NCBI GenBank assembly: GCA_043228905.1
Contig: JBHGNT010000018.1
Span: forward strand, 4,464,001-4,528,000
Direction: 5' to 3'
DNA: 64,000 nt
Source: Azolla caroliniana
Taxonomy: Eukaryota; Plantae; Polypodiophyta
Position 1 is the stretch's first letter. The number at the start of each line of letters is the position of its first letter. The position numbers and the translations under genes were made by a program. Below the pieces are notes generated by a model. It was not told the origin of the DNA. It was given only the letters and a program-made list of their open reading frames with translations, and searched no databases. This document shows positions 1-14,118 of this stretch, piece by piece.

Positions 1-2015
1 TCATTCGTGTAAATTATGTCCTGCTTATTCATAATACAAATTCCTTTTTTTCCTTATCTTTCTTTTCTTTTAACTCTTTTCTTATTCAATGTAGTTTTTG
101 GCTTCAATTCGTGACACCGTGAATGTCTCTTCCCTTTTAGAGGCAACTTCTTAAGTCTTACACATGCATCATGATTCTTCAATGATAAAAAATGAATATA
201 TATTTGAAATAGAGCCATAACACATATTTTTCCCACATTTGATTGGTCATGTAAGTTCTTACAATGCATAAACAAATTCATAAGAGTTAATTTACAATAA
301 GTTTCAACATGCTTCTCCCCTTTAGATTTCCCCAAAATTTACGACATGCATGTGCTCTCTCTTGGGCGAAGAGAAATGGTCAAATTAACTTGCCTTATTC
401 TTCTTTGTCTTTTTAATAAATCGTTTGTATGCATATAGATACTTTTGATAATTTTCTTTATCTTTCACTACGTTTAAACTTGTAAAGTACTTTTGGGCTT
501 AGTGAACCATTTTTTAATTAAGCACGTCTAAACTCATAAAGCACTTTTGGGTTTCTTTGCATTATTTATCAAACCATTTTTCCCATTAAGCTACATTGAA
601 TGATACATTTGTAAGAGAATGTTTGACTTAATAACATTTATTTGCACATAGATAACTAGATTTCTTAAAATTTTTGGAGTTCATATCCTAGAGTTGCATC
701 ATTTTAGACATTTATCTTTTATAATATGTTGTCAACCATCTTGGCATACACAAAGGTTTTCTTTTAAAGTTTGTGCACGAATATAGTTGTCCTGCAATGT
801 TTAAACTTCACATGTACTCAAGTTCTTTCACACATTTAAGATCAAGGCGTAAAGTCTAATGTTTACATTCCAAAGTCCAATACCCAAGTGAAAGATCATA
901 TATATGATGATCCAAGATACTTTGTGAAAATATCATATAATCAGTCACACTATTTCTTTTGTGTTTTCTACATGCAAAACCATCAATATCATTCTATGGA
1001 GCTAGCCATTTTCAATAAGCATTCTTGTACTATTGTATATTTGTCGAAAATAACTTTCCATATTGACATGAATTGTTTTCATCAATAAAAGGGCGACTAG
1101 ACTAGTGTATATTAGCTTGCATCCTTAAGATAGAGAACATGAAAATTTGTCATGTGTCTTCTTGCAAAATTCTCATACACGCGTTTAATTCGCCAAAGGC
1201 AATAATATTTCCCTCGGCTTTAATGAAGTAAGCAATGCCATAATCTAGATTGATAGAAGATCAATATGTATGTATCTAAACAAGCGAATTTGTGATGAGG
1301 AATTATGGCACCTAATCATACCATGAAACGATATAGGAATGTAATGTGTTGTGTCAATGCGCATCAACTTGAACGATAGAAATGTTATAGTCCAATCCTC
1401 ACTTCATTAAAACATGGCACCCCCTTGTCCATTTCGTGGATGTCTTGGATTTCTTACCAATACCCAAAGATTGTGCGCATCTGCATATGTCCAAACAATT
1501 GAATCCTAAGGAGTATTGTGCCTCCCCATGTACTGACAAGAGAGTATCTATGTCAATGCCCACATTCCATGGGTATCCAAACACACGGAGAGCAAGCCAA
1601 AGCCAAGTGCAGGTCAATTGGTCGGAGTTTACAATATTTGTCAAGCAAGGAACCCATACATTTTAACCCCCCCTCTTGTACACTACATGTGCGCAACATC
1701 ACTAAGTAAAATAGAGAGGAGAAGAGGCAACAGGGAGATTTGAACCCTAGTGGGGCACAAACGGGCCCAGTTGTTAAGTCAACAAAATTGACATACATGC
1801 ACCATAGCAACATGTCTCCTATATATAGGAGACATGTATATATGTCATAGTATGTATGCCTGTGTATCTCTCTCTATCCATACATAGATACATACATACA
1901 TACATATATATTTATAAATTATAATACATCATTATTAATTAATTATATGTATGTATATAATTATAATTATATATATACATAATATACATATGTAATATAT
2001 AATTAATGTAGATGG

Positions 2016-2152
2016 ATGTATGTATGTATGTATGTATGTATGTATGTATGTATGTATGTATGTATGTACATATATATATATGATCATGATTGGAGATCCA
2101 TTTTCTTCTTCTCTCTTTCCTCTTCCTCTGCTTCCTTTTCTCTGTCTCTCTG

Positions 2153-2185
<33 letters not shown>
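2016..2185. repeat. (TATG)n and (GA)n microsatellites immediately upstream of the NIPA9 ATG
   Basis: (TATG)n 2016-2068; (GA)n 2156-2185 ending 2 nt before the ATG. Confidence 0.95.
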
Positions 2186-2187
<2 letters not shown>

Positions 2188-2189
<2 letters not shown>

Positions 2190-5100
2190 GTGGGTCGCTG
2201 TTTTCTTCACTCTCCTTGCCTCAGCTGGAAACAGCATTGGGAAAGTCCTTCAAAAACAGGGAACCAAAGGCCTCCCTGAGCTCTCTCTCAGCATCAAGGT
2301 ACATACATACCATAGCATTTGTACATACGTTGTTCTTATAGCTATTTGTTCGTTTACCTTGTTTCATCTCTTTTTATTCTTCTTTCATTTTCTCGCACGT
2401 TGACGTTTATTGCTAATGCATTTTCTGGGATTTGTTTCTCGTTTATTATCGCCGTTTATTAATCTATTCCATTTTTTTTTTCCAACTCTTAATTGATTTT
2501 CTCTATCATTTCATTTTTTTATCGAGTTTTTTCTTTATTCCTCATTAAATTTCCGTAATTTCTTTATCAAATTTGTTTCTGTTTCATTATTATTATTATT
2601 ATTACATAAATTTCTCTGTGTTTTCTTCTTCTTTCGTTTATTAATTAAAAAACTTTCCCCATATTGGTGATATTAAATTTCTCTTTCTTTATGCTTATAA
2701 CCTCTAATTTCATTATATGTAGACTCTATATCTTTGTAAAGGTGTTCTTTTTAATTTAAAGCTACCATTATTATATTAATTTTCTTTCTTCTCTATTTTA
2801 CTCTATAGATTTGAATCCCCATCAGTGGGAGAAATTTGCATTGTTTTGGTGATTTATTGACGCATCCTTGGTCTGATTCATGCAAAACTCAATATGAAAA
2901 ATAAGGAGAACTATCCACATGTCTATGTGAATGCAAAGAAATCTATTGTTTTTGAGATGTAGAAAACTATGTGTAAATCTATTTAAGTCTACATTTTGAC
3001 ATGGTTGAAACCCATGTGAGGATGAGGAAATCTATGCACATAATCTAGATTCTATACGAGCATAAATAAATCTATATTGTTTTTTGGAGCCTTGAGGTAT
3101 AGAAAACTGCATAAAGGAGAATATGTCTAAATGACCTGTACATGGAAAGTATGCATTGATAAATGGTATACTTTGATCTGGTTGAAGCCCACACGTGCAT
3201 AAGGAAATCAATGCATTTATTTATTCATTGAAGTGTGGAGAAATCTACAGTATATGTGCTGTAGGAAAAACCGCTATGTCAATCTTGAACATCATATATA
3301 GTGTTCGAGGTGTAGATAACTTTATAAATTAATATAATTTGTATGCCTATTATGTGAAAGCATACATTGATAAATCTGCGTACTGATATTGTTAGACTAT
3401 ATATGGCCATTAAGAAATCTGTCATCAAGAAATAAATTGGGTTTTAAGGTGTGGATATGGTTTTGGACCCTTGTGAGTATAAGAGGATCAGCAAGGATTT
3501 TGCATTGCCAATTCTACATGTGGATATGGTTGGGCATATGTGATACAGCATAGGTAGACATAAACATGAAGAAATTGAGGCTGAAGAAAACGCCTCAAAT
3601 CTATATAACGTATACCTGTTAACAAAAGCTATAGTGTTGTAGATGTAGAAGACCATAAAGAGCATCAATAAACAAAATTGATAATGTTCTAGGTATAGAA
3701 GACCATAAAAAGCAGACTATATCCATAGAATCATGATACAACATAGATCTACATATATCTCGATAGATACAACAGCAGAGCACTAGATAAAATGTATCTT
3801 TAGGCTAGGGCATACATGATATAGCATAGATCTACCTAAACATGAATGAATTGAGGGTGATTTTGTTTTATAAATCTATATAACCTATACCAGTTACATG
3901 AAAAGTTTGCATTGACTGGAACCTATACGAGTGTTTGCGTAAAAGATCATAAAAATTAACAGAAAAAACTCATAGTGTTGTAGAAGCAGAAGAACTAAAA
4001 AGCAGAATATATTTTAATCTATAGAATCACTTGACATGAATGGATCTCAAATGATCTATATGGATGCAACAAGGACTCACCAGAGCATTAGGGGATCTGC
4101 GGGCACATAAGCATTAAAGTGCATAATGTAAGGTTCATGAATGCCTAAAATTGTAAAATGCTTGTAAATAACCAGACATGATTAACTGAATACTTTTCAA
4201 ACTATCATGTGCCATTGTTGTATTCTATAATTCTTTGATACATAAGACATGATCTATTAGGTATTAAAAATGCAGAATACTGTATAAACCAGAAATCTTT
4301 CTGCATAAACTGCATGCACGGATTTTGAAACCGCTCATCTGTGATTTGTGCAATGTAATAGGTGATGCAAGCATACATTTCAAGCCGCACATGGACAATT
4401 GGGTTCTTTCTGGATATCCTTGGGGCATTGGCAATGCTGAAAGCGGTGTCAGAGGCACCTGTAAGTGCCAAATTATTCAATACGCAATGTTAATCGAGAT
4501 TTTCATTAAAATATTTCTCTATTGTTGATGACATTGATAAGGAACCTACAAAATTAATTGATTGATGCTTCATTATATATGAGAGATTGCTAACGATTAG
4601 TGATAAGTATGATGCAAGAAAGTCAATAGATTTCTGTGAAAATGTTGACTGTTAGTGCTCTTGCAAGTGGAAAGGAACTAGTTTACTGCTCAAAAGACAT
4701 TGAAAATTCTGATTTGATCTATAATAATGTATTGACTCGGATCTTGGTGATCAATCAATTGGAATTTGGAGCAGGTTTCAGTTGTTCAACCAGTTTCAGG
4801 ATGTGGGCTTGCAATATTAGCAGTCTTTTCTCACTTCTATTTGCATGAAACAATGAACACTCTCGACTGGCTAGGTGTACTCTTAGCTGGAATTGGAACA
4901 ATCGGTAAGTTGAGCCTTTTTATTATTATCTGATATGATAAATACTAAGAGGGATATGATCATTGTAAATAAGTTTAGATTCCATTAGATAACCCCTTTA
5001 ACCACTAGTTCTCATTATTCATGTGTGTTTTTTGGTTCCCATTTCCACACTAAGTGAATCTACATTCTTACTCCTTTTCCTCTCTTTTGTGTCCTAAATA

Positions 5101-8100
5101 TGAAAGGACCCTGCGTTATTGAAATGGCCATTAATAGGGCAATATTCCTACATTTTTAACATCAACATGAAGGGTAGTTCTTTGCCAGGTAGTTAGATAT
5201 ACCAAGAATAAATTCGGTTGTTGCACTTTCAACATCACGGTTATATGGAACTAAATATGAAAGGACCCTGTGTTATTGAAATGGCCATTAATAGGGCAAT
5301 ATTCCTACATTTTTAACATCAACATGAAGGGTAGTTCTTTGCCAGTATAGATTAGTACGTAGTTAGATATACCAAGAATAAATTCGGTTGTTGCTCCATG
5401 TGTGATAGGGCAGATCAAGACCTCTTTATACCAGCTAGAGATTTAGATAGGTAATGTGCATGCAAATTTATGGAAGAACAGATTGACCAATTGTGCCATC
5501 AAGATGTGGAATTGAAAGAACACTATGTTTGCTATTGTACTATTTTGGAATAAGAGGGAGATATCAGTGTCTCTTCAAACAAGTTTTTGGTCCATTACAC
5601 AAGCTAATGGAATAGGAAGACCGGCAGAGCTTGGGACTATTCTTGCTAGAACTCAAGAGACATAGAGGGAAGTTGCTGGACAACATCGAACAACAAAATC
5701 GCAACAGCTCATCTAGAAAAAAGCCCATGACTTTCTTTACCTCCATCACTCCTCATGCTTCAAATCACCCAAGGGATACACATGTAGGTCTTGACCATAG
5801 CTCTCAAGAGGGGTTATAGTAAATCAAGCAATAGCAATCTTTTGAGTACATAGGCCACACTCATTTGGGCCATAGCCCCCACTTTTGTCATTGGCAGATA
5901 ATGGCCAATATCACTTCCTCGCTTTCGAGACCTCGTCATCTTGGATCTTCCATGTTGGGGATATTTCAAAGTCAAGAAGTTTCAGTTAATTAGATGCTAT
6001 TATGCCTTACACAGTTCCACTAATTTATTTATATTTATTTTGGTTTGTTCTTAAAAATGAGACAACATTTTAAGATGTGAATCTCTCATTTGGTCTCATG
6101 GGACATTTCTTTCTTTGACAGGTGTTGGAATTGCTGGAGAGGAACAAAATAGTTCAGATCTACATGCTTCCCGTTTGATTTGGTTTATCCTTTGGGCATT
6201 TCTTCTTTTTGTAGGTATCAACCATATGACTGTTTTTCTTTTATTGTAAAGTGTAATTAAAGGCCATTCTCCAATTTCTGGACATCAGTTTGTATACTCG
6301 GTTTGTTGATCATATTTTGATTAGAATTTGATTCATTTGATATATAGACATACAATACCTACATGTACAACACTATGGTCATGGAATTAATGGCAAGTAT
6401 GACTACACATTTATGAAACTAGACATCACATTTCTTCAAAGAAAAACAACTCCTTGAACATCAGATCTCGCACAGCTATCACCTTCAATGAAACTATGCA
6501 CAGGTAAACATAAATGGCCTCATGAACAGTTCTCTATTTTGTAGATTTGAAAGTCAACGCCAGCCATTATCATGGAATACGCTCCACAAATAACTGTGAT
6601 ATGATTAAGTGAACATTATCATGACGTCCTGTTGGACCAAAGACACAGCACGTGAGCATGGATAACTGATGGAGGGGCGTAGAAATGCTTAACTCTTTAC
6701 AGGCCTCAAAGGGATTCCTGGTTTTGTAATCTAAGAGGTGCACGCAGGATAACTTCAGATGCAAGGCATGATATATTATGTGAATTCAATCTCTAAGGGC
6801 ATCATTGTGCATCATTGTTGCAAGATGTATTTACTCCTGAAACACAAAAGATCACAGATTGTAAATCATGTGCACATAGTGTATTCACGAGAACTTGTTG
6901 AATATTGTTGCAACATATAGTTGCAATTGTGTGCCACTAATGATAATAATATTCTGTTGGCAGCATCAAATATTTTATACCCGCAATTTCCCCAGACAAA
7001 TTCAGAGAAACCATGGACTAATTGGCTCTTTCTTGGCCAAAAACCTATGTCAACCTACGTCTGAGCTTGCAATATGATATGACTATAGGTTGATTGTTGA
7101 GCACTCTCAGATGGCAAAGCATGAAATTAGGAAACTAGAGGGATACTGTAGTGTTTAGCCTAGTTGGGTTGAAGGGTTGATTCTGGAATTTAGTGTCATG
7201 AGGTCCTGAGTTCAAATGTGTGCTAAGAGACACTTAACATGTTGGTCTGTTGTGTTGATGTGGATGGATGTGTATGGTGTTACTTTTCTGGCACCTGCAC
7301 AGTACAAATTTTTTAACAACTCTAATATCCCTCATGTACCTTTGAACAATAGAGGTTGGTACCCTGCACTGGTAAAGGGTATGTTATGTCAACAATTGAG
7401 ATGGAATATTCAACACGACGATGCTTTGGAAGCATCAAAGTCAGCTGATAGTCTAGGCCACATGATCTTCATTGAGCTCAATTTAAATGTGGGTTGTGCA
7501 GGTGTTCCTAATACATCCAGGGCTATGCTAATAATTTACTGTTAATATCCCAATATGTAACTTTACCTTAAATAGGAAAATGATTAGAAATAGGGATAAG
7601 CCTGCTTGCCTATTTTAGTTTTGTGAATCAAGTGGATGTCTATGTTTTGATAGAGAGGAAAAAGTTATATTACCAAATACTAGAAGCAGAAATCAACCTT
7701 TGCATCGACTCATGATTACAAATGTAAGTAGCTTCAGGTCACCCATATGGCATGAATATAAGCTTTATGTTTTCTAAAGATCCATAATAATGATCTTAAT
7801 GGGGCTTCACCAACTTTAACAAACATAATGTTCCATGCATCGTAAAATGGAATACATTTGTATCTTTTGTCTTCGAAAGATCCCACATGAATGTACCTCA
7901 TTTGGTAAGGGTTTCTGGTGGAGCCCAAAAGGTGATGCTTTCAACCACTATTCTGCATTGCTCTACAGTGCAGTAGTGCAGCTTGGGACATCTAAATCTG
8001 GGTCCATGGGCTGATGAATGAGTAACGTATGACAGAAAGAGAGTGTCTTTCTATTAACATCCATCTACCAGTCATCGACCCTGCAAAACACACAACATTT

Positions 8101-10537
8101 CAAAGCTAGTTATCTAAAATCTCACACAGGAGAAGGCTGCTTTATCTATGTTACCTTGTTCTTATACTCTTAATATTTGTGTTATATATATCACCGTCTC
8201 CAAAGGAATGGAGCAATCTTTTTCTAGCACAACTTGAACATAATATTTGCTTACCTGTACATCTTTCTGTGTCAATGTTTAGCCTGTGTGAGGGTGTACA
8301 AATAAGAGATATGGCTCTTTTATTTCACTGTGATACTTGTGATTGACAAGTGGCTGGATCTCAATTGTCATGAATGTATCAAAAGTATCCTGGATTTATG
8401 CAGTCACCATAGTACCTAAACTTTAAGATCTTTGATCTGTAGTCGTTCAATTCATGGAGTTTCAACAATATCCTTATCTGTATATCTGCAACATACTTCA
8501 TTTTCTCTGGTAATAAATCCAATCTCCAAATTCATCAGTACCAGCGTATCATTTGTGGAATGTCCCATTTCCAGGTTATTCCCATATGTTGGTCCAATCA
8601 CGAAGTTCATTTATACCATTGATGGTGCAAAAGTGACCACCAGCCATACACAACCTCTTTTTTGACATGTTTAACAAGGATCTAGCAAACCCATTTTTCA
8701 ATGAATCCAAACGTTTAAATTGTGAATTATGTCAATAAGGCTGAATTGGGTTTGCTTTATCTTCTCTAATTAACCAAACCATTTATTAACATATTTTCCA
8801 AATCCTCATGGAATGCATTCCGGTGAACAATGGTTCTATTCTGTTTAATTGTTCTTGTGATGTGCTTTTTTGTTTATTTACAGGGTACCTTAGATCGCTG
8901 GGCTCATGTACAAAGAGGGAGCATTCGAGCTCATGACCATGCTAACACTGTATTGCCACCCATGTCGGTTACCGTATGTTTTCCTTTTCCCTTGAATATA
9001 TTCAAACTACTTCATGTTTTACTTCTCTGAAAGGTTGCGTTTTATTGTTTGGTATATACTTATTTACTTATATGTACTTCATCTCACAGAGCCATGGTGG
9101 AGTCATGGAGGAAGTGGTTGCTGGAATGGAAGCGGGAACTTGTTTTGGGTATTTAAAACTTTGCGAGAAAATATTGCTAATTTTTTTTGCACAAATATCT
9201 GACAGTTTGAAAGTTTTTTTCCTTCTGTTTTTGTTGCAGAATCGCGGCTGTTGTTTCCAGATTAGGTTTTATGCTTGTAGAAAAAGGGCACTCTCCACTT
9301 TGCATACCCGGTGGGATTTTGGGTGGTGTTGTCTGTAGTGCCAGTGGGTTCTTTTGTCAGGTAAAAAATCCAAGGGTCATGTCTGGACTAAATTTAAGCA
9401 GAAATAGTATCAAAGTTCACAGCATCAATGTTCAGAACCTGATGCAACCGCTCAAAAGCTCTGTTGTCATTATAGTCAATGCTAATTTCACTTATTTGTT
9501 TGTTTCATCTGCAATGGACACCAAGCAATTTATGAAACAAAAATGCATGTGACTGAACTGGAAGGTCATTGATGTTAGTGTCTCCTTTTGCTCAACGAGC
9601 AGGTTCAAAAGCCTGGAGATGAATAGAAGTGAAATAAAGTTGTCAGGCAATCTTAGAAATTTTTCCACAGAGTTCGGAGTGTGAAGAAAATACTGTGTTT
9701 CTATCTCATTCTCATGTCTAACATGAAGCCTTTCATCTCAATACTAGGTAACAAAAGAGACTTGTTGTAAATGGTATATGGTGTTGGGTGACAGACCAAA
9801 GGCTTGAAGGAGGGACGAGCAGTTGTTGTATCAACTTGTGCTGCAGTTGCTTCAATTGTTACTGGAGTGCTTGTAGGCATGCTGGCACTTGGAGAAACGG
9901 TTCCGGTGTCACGGCTTCGGCGCCTCTTTCTTTTTATTGGGTGGTATGTCTTTCAACCTGGTTATATGCACTTTACGTAATATGTAAGACATAATGCATA
10001 TGCATTATGCATTTTATATATATACGTACTCCTTTGTTCCCTTGTTAGAAAGAGCTCATCAACAGTAATTCTGTATGATAAGTTGAAATAAGTATTAAAA
10101 TAATAACAATGTAGGTAAGGTTTAAAAAAAGGTTTGAAACTACCTTATTATCCCGTAACTTGTTTTCATGTGTGTTCATGTTAACGTAAGTATGTTCTAC
10201 CACTTAAACCCATTTACGTGTGTTAATGTAAGTTTTACCACCTAAAAACCGATATACATTTGTATGCATGTATGGATATGTATATGTACGTGTGAGCTTG
10301 TATATATAATATTGCCGATGGTTATTTGGCAGGATGTTTATCATATTTGGAGTTGTAATCTTGATGGATTCCAATAGAGTTGGCCTCCTCCTTCCGAGGT
10401 CTATACGACGGTTACTAAAGCTCAAGGGTTCATCACACAAGAGTAATCCTCCTCGTTTAAGTCCATTTTCTCGATTGGAATCAAATCCGAGTACTGTTGT
10501 CCATCTATTTACACCACCCAAAGCATCAACAAGTTGA
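2188..10537 (+). CDS. NIPA9: Probable magnesium transporter NIPA9-like (DUF803/EamA-type), 9 exons, ~350 aa
   Basis: Exons 2188-2298, 4362-4460, 4775-4904, 6122-6210, 8884-8973, 9090-9148, 9240-9360, 9795-9943, 10333-10537; all GT-AG, 1053 nt in frame. Translation [26 protein letters not shown]...[25 protein letters not shown]...[25 protein letters not shown] matches the plant NIPA9 family as I recall it. Confidence 0.9.
5094..5394. repeat. Intronic tandem duplication, period 157 bp
   Basis: CTAAATATGAAAGGACCCTG...AATTCGGTTGTTGC at 5094 and 5251; the second copy has a short insertion. Confidence 0.9.
5405..5700 (+). mobile_element. Degenerate non-LTR retrotransposon (LINE) ORF2 C-terminal remnant in NIPA9 intron 3
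   Basis: Frameshifted and stop-containing translation [15 protein letters not shown]...[22 protein letters not shown]...[11 protein letters not shown]...LGLFLLEL. It resembles the R-x-SSH-x-LEIE-x-GR / C-x-LC...EH...C end of L2/RTE-X-like LINEs. Confidence 0.55.
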
Positions 10538-11089
10538 AGAGTAAATGCACTTCAACATTTAATTGTAGAACCTTATATATCCAGTTAAATCATGCTAATT
10601 CAGTAGAGAACAAGTTTGTGATCTGATGTCTGTACATATGGAGACCAAAATATTGACTTGAGTAGAAAGACATTGAATATGGTTTGGCCAAAAAGAGTAC
10701 GGTTTGTACAAAGTTTGATGACAAATGACTTCCCTTCTTTTGTCTTACTGGTATCGAAGGAGATGATAAATGAACATGACAAATTGCAATTCGAAAATTT
10801 ATGGCAAAAGTTTACTCCCGTGCTGTGGAGGAGCATCAATAGAAAGGCTGTGAAGTGATACAAACTTTATAAAAATAATCATGATGTAAGAAACAGCATG
10901 TTTTAATATTGACTTTCAGATCATTCATGGATGTCAAATATGCCCTGTGGAACCAAAGTGAAACATGTTCAAACAATGTGTAGAGAGAGAAAGAGAGTGA
11001 GGGAGATATTCAATGTGTATTTTTAAATGCAGGTTTGTCTTAATGAAAGGTTACATTTCTCCTTTTGGCCATTTCCATGGGCTATAAAG

Positions 11090-11190
11090 ATGTGTGAGCT
11101 TGACACTGACTGGAAGCTGGATCATTTGTAAAAGGAATTTATAGCAACAAATGTGTGAGCTTGACACTGACTGGAAGCTGGATCATTTGT
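11090..11190. repeat. Perfect 40-bp direct repeat, period 61
   Basis: ATGTGTGAGCTTGACACTGACTGGAAGCTGGATCATTTGT at 11090 and 11151. Confidence 0.9.
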
Positions 11191-13099
11191 GAAAGATAGA
11201 TATTTTGGTTGATCTCACGTTACAGCCTAATCATCCATTTTTGTTTATCTTGTCATGGAGCAAGCTATCTGACACATCAAATGATTAGCTTGATATAACA
11301 TCATTATAAGTTAATTAAATCAATGAATATAAAAAACATTGTTGTTATGCTCTTTGTTCACACTGGTATAATTTAGGTACACTTCTTGGTAGTTTCCTCT
11401 AAGAGTTGAGAAGGTTGATTGATGCTGGCATAGATTGCAATGTTCTTGCAGCTTACTCATGATAGAGATGGAAAGCAATCAGGAAATCATGGTTGAGAAA
11501 TGGATATGTATAGAAATATTGCTTGAAATGGAAAAGGTAGTACTGAGCACATCTAGAGTCACTTGATGTTTAAATCTACTTAGAAAGCTCATATTTATTT
11601 CTTATAGTAGATTTGTGTCTTTTTAGTAGCTCAAACTTTTTCATGAGATTGAAGAACATCTGCAATTTTTAGTATAGTATACTTCGAATTTTAATAGTAC
11701 ACCTATACTGTGTCTCTGCAACGGTATCATACACTAGAATGTGTGTTCCGTTTTGATGCTTCTATGGAGGATTACAATCCTACTCCCTCATACATTAGAT
11801 TAGATTATTCAAAACCAAAGAACGTCAATATCTGATAGCTCTTGGCCCATGGATCCCTAGTTTTGACCACGTAGTGTTGCACTTAAATTTGGACTTCCCT
11901 AGGAAATGGAATCCACCTTTATAAGAAAAGAACATAATTCAATCATATACAATAAAAAAATGCATTTGCCAATGTCATGAAGTCAAGGGTTGATCCATTA
12001 TCCATGAAAACTTTCAAAGTTTCTATTTAAGAGATATCGAGTACCTTAGATGAATATGTCCTTCTCATGTCGCTCCTAGAGTAAAATATGTAGCAAAATG
12101 GATTAGTTCCATGCTTAAAAGTAGATGAGATTCTTGGACCATGAACCGTTCAATCCAAAGTAGCCCATTCTTTTTTATAATCCCTAAGGTCACCTTCAAT
12201 CTTCGTTAGTAAAGTAACAATCAACCTCAAATTGATAAAAAACCATCCAGTCATCTAGTGAAGTTATAGTAAGAAATGGTTCATATTTTAAGTACAAGGA
12301 GTTCAATGCTGTTCAAAGTGGAAGAATATAAGCTTGCAAGTGTTTGTTCTTGTAAAGTAAACACGTCCCTATATCATGACTTTAACCACTAAAAGCAGTT
12401 ATACAGGTTGTATCAAAACATTTAGTAAAAAGGAAATTCTGCAAGGTGTAATATCTATGATAGACATTTAAGCTGGTTAATATACAACACAAAAGAAAAT
12501 CATCATGAAATTTGTAAAATGCAGATGTTATCCAGTATAAATGAAAATCTAGTAAGTCCCAATTGGTGTTCACATACATCTCTAAGATTCTTTTTCACAA
12601 CCTGAAAATTATTCCCATGTATTTCTTATTTATTCACTCTTTCTTGACTTGCATCTCTCATTCCCATGCACAATCTATACTTTTCTCCTACAAATGGTTG
12701 CATGTGCTCATGTTATCAGTTTTGTCCAATCCATCGAGCATATTCAGATTTTTGAATTTTTGCTCTCCCTAGAACTCAAAATCATCCTTCCAAATTTTAT
12801 GTTTGATTTTAATAGATGTAAGGCAGTTGCCAAATACCATCAAACAAGCTAGGTTCTATGTAAATGGAATTAGACATCATGGCAAAGAAAGTGTCACTGC
12901 CTCATTAGCTGCTGAAAAAATCAACACAACCAGTGCAAAACAAGGCACATATACACAACCAGTGCAAAACAAGGGCTAACCGTCGTCTGCAATATGCTCT
13001 ACCTGCAAACTCCAAAATCATTAAAAAAACCAATCACGCATGAGAACACTGAGGCCATTGTTACAACCGATCACATCATCGATCAGATATGCATATATA

Positions 13100-14020
13100 T
13101 CATTTAATGGTCACATATCGGTTAGTACCATGTTTTGCCCAATGGTCCTTCAAGTCAATAGGTTTAGACGTGTCTATACCAATAGTTTCTAGCCTTTCCA
13201 AGAGCTTCTTGAATGCTCCACCGCTCATTTTACGTCCTGCAAGTCTCTTTGTCTCATTCATGGGAAGAGGGTAAACTGAAAGAAAATTTGTACAACATGC
13301 TGATTGCCAACCTCCGCTACCCCAACGGTAACACTGATGGTTGATTCCCGTACATGAACAAAAAGGTATTGAAGTGGATGAGAGATCATACGGTGCCACA
13401 TGAGTGGCAAAGTTTTTCAACACATCAACCTTTGCTGACTTGGCATGTGTACATTCTTGCTCAGCATGCAACAGCTTCCGATGCTTCCTAGGAGATTTGG
13501 ATCCTCCATTTGATAAGTTTCTCACTCCACTCCCTTTCTGTTTGTTCGTAGAATTACATTTTTTACCCATTTTCTTAGGTTGAGGCGTAGCTTCTATGAA
13601 GTTATTGATATTGATATTGTTATCTATTCGATTGTCGCTATTCGGCAAACTAAGCAGATTGGACCCCATTGAGGGTTGATTCATGGCAAAGTTAACGATT
13701 TGCATTAACTTTGCATTAGCATTTCCATTGCTATCATCAGCATTTATACTAGCAGAAATAGCAAATAAGGCACTATTGCGTTCCATACACGCTGCATTTC
13801 TTTCCGCATGTGCCATATCTCTTTGCATCAAAGCGGTATCTTTTTCAACATGTGCACTCTTCTTTTCAGCTATGGCAGCATTTCTCTCCGCAATTGCCAC
13901 GTCTCTTTCAGCTAATACATCAGTTAATTTTATCGCTGGTTGATCTTTCAAAAAGTCTTTTAGATATATTTGTTCAAAGTTAGCCCAATGTCGAAGCTCC
14001 ATCTTTGCAGGGTCTTCCAT
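13100..14020 (-). CDS. BPC: BBR/BPC (BASIC PENTACYSTEINE) GAGA-binding transcription factor, group II (BPC4/6-like), 306 aa, no coding introns
   Basis: N-terminal alanine-zipper (AERDVAIAERNAAIAEKKSA...). C-terminal five-Cys domain PFCSCTGINHQCYRWGSGGWQSACCT...GRKMSGGAF...DLKDHWAKHGTNRYVTIK. Confidence 0.96.
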   Translation of the reverse strand: MEDPAKMELRHWANFEQIYLKDFLKDQPAIKLTDVLAERDVAIAERNAAIAEKKSAHVEKDTALMQRDMAHAERNAACMERNSALFAISASINADDSNGNANAKLMQIVNFAMNQPSMGSNLLSLPNSDNRIDNNININNFIEATPQPKKMGKKCNSTNKQKGSGVRNLSNGGSKSPRKHRKLLHAEQECTHAKSAKVDVLKNFATHVAPYDLSSTSIPFCSCTGINHQCYRWGSGGWQSACCTNFLSVYPLPMNETKRLAGRKMSGGAFKKLLERLETIGIDTSKPIDLKDHWAKHGTNRYVTIK

Positions 14021-14118
14021 GTCGACAACAATAGAAAGCTTCTTTTTTATGAATATTAAACTTGAATAATGTGATAGCTACTTGTGATAATAGAAGATCT
14101 CAATAGCATCAGAGAAAT

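Noticed and set aside
6371-8413. Possible CACTA element in NIPA9 intron 4 (CACTATGGT ... ACCATAGTA)
   Set aside because: Right end is not TAGTG, the match is only 8 bp, and there is no TSD or subterminal repeat.
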